This document shows positions 21,956-29,600 of a DNA stretch of 64,000 nucleotides, one piece after another. A model generated the notes under the pieces. The model did not search any database and was not told where the DNA came from. It saw only the letters and a list, made by a program, of their open reading frames with translations. The translations under genes were made by a program, and so were the position numbers. The stretch covers positions 416,001 to 480,000 of the forward strand of contig NZ_CP186926.1 of assembly GCF_049554935.1 (NCBI RefSeq). The letters run 5' to 3'. Position 1 is the first letter of the stretch, and each line of letters begins with the position of its first letter. This stretch comes from Methanocaldococcus indicus (lineage in GTDB: Archaea; AGJL01; Methanococci; Methanococcales; Methanocaldococcaceae).

Positions 21956-22663
21956 TCACCCATCATATTTTTTTACTACTTTTGTTATTGCATTACCTTC
22001 TGTAATTTTGTTTAGTTCATTGTAGAACTCTGATTCTATACCACTTGGTATTTCAATAAGAACTATTAAACTACCGTCAGAACACCATTCCTCTTGTTTA
22101 ACTGCTCCAAATTTATATAAAAATCCATAAGCTTTTGAAGCATATTCTGGAGGAACTTTAACAGCAATATCTCTTTTTTCAAATTTAATAGGAAGAAGTC
22201 TTTTTAATTTTTTAACTATATCAGGAACTTGTTCTTCAGCAGATTTGTAAATGTCAATATTAATCCTTAACTCCTCCATAGCCCTCTCAATCCTTTGAGG
22301 AGGATGGGGAGTATCTGTTTGTGGATTAATAGTATTTCTACAAATAATATTTATTATTTGTCTTTTTTTCTGCTCTTTAATTTCTTCTCTTTGTTTAGCA
22401 GTTAATTGAACAGTTCCTTTTTTTATAATAATTTTAGCTATTTCTTTTATATCAGTAGTCCCAAATACTTTTTTAACAAGTTCTTCAGGAGCCTTTTCTC
22501 CTTTATGAGCATCTCTATATACTACATCAATAGCTAAAAGTTCATCCATATCTACATCTATTCCTTCTTTAAGCTTAGCAGCTAAATATGGATCTACTAA
22601 AATTTCAAACTTCTCTCCATGAGATGTATATCTTGCAATAACTGCCTCATCTAACGAGACCAT
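21956..22663 (-). CDS. SBDS/Sdo1 ribosome maturation factor
   Basis: [24 protein letters not shown]. Confidence 0.95.
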   Translation of the reverse strand: MVSLDEAVIARYTSHGEKFEILVDPYLAAKLKEGIDVDMDELLAIDVVYRDAHKGEKAPEELVKKVFGTTDIKEIAKIIIKKGTVQLTAKQREEIKEQKKRQIINIICRNTINPQTDTPHPPQRIERAMEELRINIDIYKSAEEQVPDIVKKLKRLLPIKFEKRDIAVKVPPEYASKAYGFLYKFGAVKQEEWCSDGSLIVLIEIPSGIESEFYNELNKITEGNAITKVVKKYDG

Positions 22664-22791
22664 AATATATCACCATAAATTATATAAAATTTTTGTTTAT
22701 CAAAAATAGTCTTAAAACATAAAAAAACAATACATTTATAATTATTATTAATTTTAAGGAGTTATAAATAAATTATGTTAAGTGTGTAATT

Positions 22792-24780
22792 ATGAAAACA
22801 GAATTAACAAATGTTGATATATCTGCTATTGTTGATGAGCTAAAATTTATAGAGAATGGAAGAGTAGATAAAGCATTTCTAATAAGTAATGAGGAAAATA
22901 AAGAACTAATCTTAAAAATTCATATCCCTGAGAGAGGTAGTAGAGAGTTAGTTATTAGTGTTGGTAAATATAAATATATAACTCTAACAAATTATGAGAG
23001 AGAAAAACCTAAGCTACCTCCTTCTTTTGCTATGCTTCTAAGAAAGTATCTTTCAAATGCAAAAATAGAGAAGATTTATCAGTATAGTTTTGACAGAATT
23101 ATTGTTATTGAATTTAGAAAAGTCAGTAAGTATAAGTTAATAGTTGAGCTGTTTAAAGAAGGAAATATAATATTTACTGATGAGAATAACAATATTATTG
23201 TTCCTTTGAAAGTAGAAAAATGGAGCACAAGGATTATAGCTCCAAAACATGAATATAAATTTCCAGAACAAAGACCATTAACTCCTTACAACTTAGATTA
23301 TTCAATTGCCTATGAAATTTTTAGAGATTACTTTTTAGAGAATAAGGATGTTGAATGTGTTAGATTAGTTTCAAGGTTGTTAGGTTTAGCAGGACTGTAT
23401 GCAGAGGAGATATGTGAAAGAGCTAAGATAGATAAAAAGAAAAAAAATTTAACAGAAGATGAAATAAAAAATCTATTTTTAGCTGTTAAGAATTTCTTTA
23501 ATGATGTTTTTAATAACAGAGAGCCAAAGATTATATTAAAGGATAATCAGTTTATAGATGTTACTCCTATCAATTTATTAAAATATAAAGATTATGATAA
23601 AAAAGATTATGAGAACTTTATAGAGGCAGTTGATGACTACTTTGCAAATTTCTTAGCTTTAAAAAAGATAACAAAAGTTAAAAGTAAAGTTGAAAAAGAG
23701 ATAGAGAAGCAAGAATCAATATTAAAAAGACAGTTAAGAACTTTGGAAGAGTATAAAAAAGAAAGTGAAAAAAATAGAATAAAGGGAGATTTAATTTATG
23801 CTAATTATCAATTAATTGAAGAGCTTTTAAATGCCATAAATTTAGCAAGAGAAAAAAAGAGCTGGGAAGAGATTAAAAAGATTATAAAAGAAAATAAAAA
23901 TCATCCAATTTTAGGAATTATTGAAGATATAAGAGAAAATAAAGGAGAGTTAATAGTTAGATTAAAATATGAAGATGTTGAAGAAAGAGTAGTTTTAGAT
24001 ATAAGAAAAAATGCATTTGAAAATGCTGAATCTTATTATGAAAAAGCCAAGAAATTAAAAAATAAGTTAAAAGGTATTGAGGAGGCAATTGAAAGAACTA
24101 AAAAGAAAATTGAAGAATTGAAGAAAAAGAGAGATGAAGAAATAGAAGAGAAAAAACCTAAGAAGAAAAAGAGAAGAGAAAGAAAATGGTACGAGAAATT
24201 TAAATGGACAGTTATTGACAATTTCTTAATAATAGCTGGAAAAGATGCTATAACAAATGAAATAATAATTAAAAAATATACTAATAAGGATGATATTGTC
24301 TTTCATGCAGACATAACAGGAGCTCCTTTTACTGTTATAAAAACTAATGGTAGAGAAGTTAAAGAAGAGACATTATTAGAGGTTGCTAAATTTGCTGCTT
24401 CACATTCAAAAGCTTGGAAGTTAGGTTATGGAGCTATAGATGTGTATTATGTTAAACCAGAGCAAATATCCAAACAAGCTGAAAGTGGGGAGTATTTAAA
24501 AAGAGGAGCATTTATGATAAGAGGTAAAAGGAACTATATCAGAAATGTGCCCTTAGAGTTGGGAGTAGGAGTGTTAGAATATGATGGAGAAATTAAAATT
24601 ACAACTGCCCCAAAAAGAACATTAGAAGAGAGATTTTTAAAGTATGTTATGCTAAAACCATCTAATAAAGAGAAAGGTAAGGTAGTTAAAGAACTTAAAA
24701 ATATATTTAAGGAGTATGACTTAGATGATGAAGAAATTCTTTCAGTTCTTCCACCAGGAGGTTGTGAAATAGTTAAATAA
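22792..24780 (+). CDS. rqcH: Rqc2/NEMF (NFACT) ribosome rescue protein
   Basis: FAMLLRKYL, FDRI, WYEKFKW, FHAD, GAFMIRGKRNY. Confidence 0.9.
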   Translation: MKTELTNVDISAIVDELKFIENGRVDKAFLISNEENKELILKIHIPERGSRELVISVGKYKYITLTNYEREKPKLPPSFAMLLRKYLSNAKIEKIYQYSFDRIIVIEFRKVSKYKLIVELFKEGNIIFTDENNNIIVPLKVEKWSTRIIAPKHEYKFPEQRPLTPYNLDYSIAYEIFRDYFLENKDVECVRLVSRLLGLAGLYAEEICERAKIDKKKKNLTEDEIKNLFLAVKNFFNDVFNNREPKIILKDNQFIDVTPINLLKYKDYDKKDYENFIEAVDDYFANFLALKKITKVKSKVEKEIEKQESILKRQLRTLEEYKKESEKNRIKGDLIYANYQLIEELLNAINLAREKKSWEEIKKIIKENKNHPILGIIEDIRENKGELIVRLKYEDVEERVVLDIRKNAFENAESYYEKAKKLKNKLKGIEEAIERTKKKIEELKKKRDEEIEEKKPKKKKRRERKWYEKFKWTVIDNFLIIAGKDAITNEIIIKKYTNKDDIVFHADITGAPFTVIKTNGREVKEETLLEVAKFAASHSKAWKLGYGAIDVYYVKPEQISKQAESGEYLKRGAFMIRGKRNYIRNVPLELGVGVLEYDGEIKITTAPKRTLEERFLKYVMLKPSNKEKGKVVKELKNIFKEYDLDDEEILSVLPPGGCEIVK

Positions 24781-24799
24781 TTTTAAATATTCAGATGAC

Positions 24800-25166
24800 A
24801 ATTATCACGCTAAAAATCTTTATTTTTTGATTTTATTTAGTTTTAGTTGGTTATTTTTAATTTAAAGGATTTTTAGGAAAATTCGAAGGGGTCATTATTT
24901 TGAATATTTTGTATATTTTGATTATATAATTTATTGAGATTTTTTAGAGATTTATGTTGTTTCTTCCAATATTTGAAAATCCCTGATAAGTTGGTTTAGT
25001 TTTTGGAAATTGGGACTTTTTAATTGAATAATAGGAAATAGAAAGATTTTTATAAAAGTTCAAAGGTATATAAATGAATAGGGAAACCTACCCTTCGAAA
25101 ATTTTAGTACCAAAAAGCTTATATATGAGAACGTTGCTATATTATTATGTCTAAAATGTGCCTCCT
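24800..25166 (+). promoter_or_regulatory. CRISPR leader with BRE/TATA
   Basis: AT-rich non-coding region before the first repeat; AAAAAGCTTATATAT at ~25112-25126; left boundary approximate. Confidence 0.7.
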
Positions 25167-26264
25167 GTTAAAATAAGACCGTCCCGGTATGGAAATTTTA
25201 TGTTATAATTTGTAATAGTATATAACATAGCTAAATGTTAAAATAAGACCGTCCCGGTATGGAAATTGCATCTCTAATAATTCTTTCAGCTGGAATGTGC
25301 TTGTTAAAATAAGACCGTCCCGGTATGGAAATTTATGTTATGACATTGGAATTGCAGGAGATGTTAAGTTAAAATGCCTTTCTAAATCGTTCTTTTGGTC
25401 TCTGCTTGAATTGGAATTGCAGGAGATGTTAAGTTAAAATAAGACCGTCCCGGTATGGAAATTATGAAGTCATAGAAATGGATGGAGAGCCTTTTTTGTT
25501 AAAATAAGACCGTCCCGGTATGGAAATCAACTTTTAAGAATTCTTTTGTTAGTTGGACTGGCTTAGTTAAAATAAGACCGTCCCGGTATGGAAATAATTT
25601 TGTCCTTGTGAGTGTTACTTTTAAGCCATATCCCTTAAGTTAAAATAAGACCGTCCCGGTATGGAAATTTCATTCCAAGAAAACGAAAATCTCGATAGGC
25701 GTTAAAATAAGACCGTCCCGGTATGGAAATAAAAAAGAGATGTGGTGCTCAATGGTTATTTGTTTAAGTTAAAATAAGACCGTCCCGGTATGGAAATCTT
25801 CATATTGGAATTCTTCTTTATCTTGCAAACCATGTTAAAATAAGACCGTCCCGGTATGGAAATCTTCATATTGGAATTCTTCTTTATCTTGCAAACCATG
25901 TTAAAATAAGACCGTCCCGGTATGGAAATTTTTTTGAATACATAGCTAATCACTTGACACTTGATGTTAAAATAAGACCGTCCCGGTATGGAAATATTGT
26001 AGGGGATATAACTAACACAATTAGGGTTAAGTTAAAATAAGACCGTCCCGGTATGGAAATATGACTAAGCAAATATTTTGAAGTATAAAACAAAATGTTA
26101 AAATAAGACCGTCCCGGTATGGAAATCGTCCCCCCTCGCCCCTCGGCTTTAAAGTCATGACATGTTAAAATAAGACCGTCCCGGTATGGAAATCTTATCT
26201 CAAATTGTATCTCAAATAAAAGATGCTAATATCAGTTAAAATAAGACCGTCCCGGTATGGAAAT
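25167..26264 (+). CRISPR. CRISPR array: 16 identical 30-bp repeats GTTAAAATAAGACCGTCCCGGTATGGAAAT; spacers 32-43 bp plus one aberrant 100-bp interval
   Basis: Repeats start at 25167, 25237, 25303, 25433, 25498, 25566, 25639, 25701, 25768, 25834, 25900, 25966, 26031, 26097, 26164, 26235; no cas genes in the window. Confidence 0.99.
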
Positions 26265-26403
26265 CTTTCTTTTATTCAAAAAATAAAAAATAAAAAGGCA
26301 AATGTTTTTTTTTTATATTTGAGAAATCTAACAAATAAAAAATGTTAATAAAACATATAGTGGTGTTCCAGCAAAATCAACTGTAACTCCACTTAAATAA
26401 TCC

Positions 26404-26602
26404 TATTTTCCAATTAATCCTAACTTAGCCAATAAAGCACTTAACTGAATTCTTTCATTTACCGCCGCATAGAGGCAAGGCCTCTATTGCTATACACCAG
26501 AGAGGGGTTGCTTTTGGGCAACCCCACTTTAAATATTAAGTATTTTATTTTCCAATTAATCCTAACTTGGCTAATAAAGCACTTAACTGAATTCTTTCAT
26601 TT
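26404..26602. repeat. 57-bp direct repeat of the rfcS 3' end flanking an 84-bp double-hairpin insert
   Basis: 26404-26460 vs 26546-26602, 2 mismatches; hairpins ATAGAGGC/GCCTCTAT (26469-26487) and GGGGTTGC/GCAACCCC (26504-26525). Confidence 0.9.
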
Positions 26603-29600
26603 GCTCCTTCAACTATTCTATAATCTGTTTCTCCTATTGCCTCAGCTATTTGAACTTTTTTCTTCTCATCTATATTTAGATTATTAATTTCTCTAAACAT
26701 TTGATTTAGAATATCTTCTCCACTCATACCCCACTCTAACATCAATTTGTATAATAAATCTCTTGCTTCATTGAATTTTCCTTCTAAGGCTAAATCCATC
26801 ATCTTTCTAACTTCTTCTGGTCTTGCCCTTGAAGAAACTTTGTATATAACTTCATCATCTATTACATCACTTATAGCAGAAGCAGTTTGTAGAACATTAA
26901 TTGCTTTTCTTAAATCTCCCTCAGAAACATAAATTATTGCATCTAATCCTTTTTCTGTTAATTTTAATCCTTCTTTCTCAGCAATCTCTTTTAATTTTTT
27001 AGCTATATCTTCTCTTTTCAATGGTGAGAATCTAAATATAGCACATCTTGATTGTATTGGTGGGATAATCTTGCTTGGATAGTTGCAGTTGTGGGATATT
27101 AACCCATTTGCTATAAAGGAGTGGTCTTTAAGGCATGTTATATCATACACATCTCTATAACCAATACACTCTTTTTTAATGATTCTTTCTGAAACATACT
27201 TTCCATCAACAACCTTTTCTTTTAAGAACTCTTCAAAGGTCATAAAGTTTCTTGGTAATCCAATGTCTTTTCCTTTAAGTTGATTTACTATAAAATCAAC
27301 TGGAATGTTATATTTCCTTGCTAATTCTCTTAGAGATTTTTCACCATCTACTTCTTTCAATGCCTTTTCAGCAATGTCTTTTAGGATTATATCTTTATAT
27401 GCTTCTTTGATTCTTAAATACTCTCCAACCAACCTTGCAAAGTTGTCTTTTTCATAGGCATAGGATATTCTTGATAAATATTTGAGATAGTTTTTATTGT
27501 TTGCTTTAACTATCAACTCAATTAAGTTTTTGTTATCAATTTTACTAACTCTAATATCTGCCTCAACTTCAAATTCCTTCAACATTTTTCTAATGTCTTC
27601 AAAGAACTCTAATGTTTTATATTTACTAATATTTTCAACTCTTATACCTAATTTAATTCCATTTATGTTATATTTTTTAATGTATGGTTTAGTTCCATCA
27701 GCTCCAAATAATCCTCTTAAAAACTCTCTCTTAACAAATTTATTTCCATATTTTATCCATTTTGGAATATTGTAGCCATTTATAGTTTTATTTCCAATTT
27801 CTACTCCCCAGAAGTTTAACAATAGATATAATGCTTTATTATCAATGTATATGAATGATGTTTTCCCTTTAATTTCTCTACCATCTAAGTTATGATTAAT
27901 ATCTTTTTCAATTATATTTGATGATTTTATGCCTAATTTCTCTAAATCCTTCTTAATTTCTTCAAGTTCATTTATTGTAGCAGTTATTAATATTCTTCCT
28001 TCTTTTGATTTTGATAAATGCCCATCTCCAATTATAAAGCCTAACAACCTTGCAAATATTCCTGCTTTCTCATCATCATAAGTTATCTTATCCCATCTAA
28101 GTTCTTTGATTTTCTTTATGTATTTTAAAGCAAATCCATTAATTTTTCCATCAATAAGATTTTTTATAGTTGTTAATGATATTTTTATCCCAAATTCTTC
28201 CTCAATCTTTCTTTTAATCTCTGATTTGTTGTATTTTCCTGATAACTCTAAAACTCTATTTAATATTTTTTCTTTATCTTTTGTTATTAATTCTTTATAG
28301 GTTTTTGCTTTATCATAAGGTTTATATCCAATTTTAAGCTCATATTTTGTTAAAAACTCATAGAACTCATTTAAGTTAATTATCTTCCTATTATCAACTT
28401 CAAACTCAACTCCTTCCAATGCTGGATAAACCAATATCCCATCATCTTCCTTTAACTCATAAACCTCCTTCCACCCATATCTTGTTAAAAACTTGTGGTC
28501 TCCTGTTGCCTCTATCTCTCTACCACTTTCTAAAACTAATCTATAAACCTTATGATTTACTATCTTTGAATTAAATTTAACTCCTGCTAAAACTAAATCT
28601 TCTCCACTTCTATTTAAAACATGTTTAATTTTTCTTTTTTCAAACATTTTTATAAAGTCCTCTATCTTTATCTCCCTCTCATCTGGAAGAGTTATTTTTG
28701 CATCTCCTGTTAAACAACTTAAGATAAATCTACATACATCTGAATACTTCTCCATTGTTCTTCTTAAAGCATTTTGAGCATCTGCTGTTAGTGCATCACT
28801 CTCATCTAAGAATATTATCTTAAATGGAACATCTCCAATTGGCTTAGTTCTTGCAAATTCTTTTACTTTTGTCCTAATAACGTCTATACCTCTTTCATCT
28901 GAATTATGTAACAATATTGGCACATTTCCTGCAAAGAACATTTCATTATTTGGAACTGACACATCATAAACAAAGTCATTGTAGTCAATAACTTCAATCT
29001 CTTTAACAATCAAAGCATGAATCTCTGTTTCAGATAATTTTTGTAATAAATTGTAAATCTTTCTTTCTACATCAGTTAATTTCTCAACATCAACCATTTC
29101 TAAAATCTGCTTAATTTTGTCCTTTGAAACTCTCTTTTTATTTTCATAGAGTTGGTGTCTTAATATATATCTCCAATTTCCTTTTATCTTACTATCTAAC
29201 TTTTTAATCATTTTAATTATTGGCTCACTTGGTAATAAATTGCCTTTCTTCCATCCCATTTTTCCTTTCCAAATTAATCTTACCTCATTTTCAAATATTG
29301 AACTTTCAATTCCAGAAATTCTTGCTAACCATGCTGTATCTATTAATAAATTCTCGGATTTTGATGATATTCTAACAACTCCTCCCCAATTTCCACTGCC
29401 ATCTCCATCAGCCAATCCTTTTAAAAATTCAACTCTTAAATTTTCTTTTAACTCATATACAATATCTGGAATTCTTTTATCTCCTGCTTTTCTTCCATTT
29501 CCATTGTAGAAGTTTTTCTCAATAAATTTTGCAAGTTGAGTATTTAATATTCTAATCTGCTTAGCAGATAATCTTTTTCTATCAAATCCAGAACCTGTGA

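Noticed and set aside
25756-25953. 65-aa ORF with internal repeats
   Set aside because: Translation of CRISPR repeats and the duplicated spacer; not a gene
26341-26400. Short frame NVNKTYSGVPAKSTVTPLK resembling an acetyltransferase tail
   Set aside because: In-frame stop just upstream and no start; too short to call a pseudogene
26487-26687. 66-aa ORF across the hairpin insert
   Set aside because: Mostly antisense to rfcS; no coding signature
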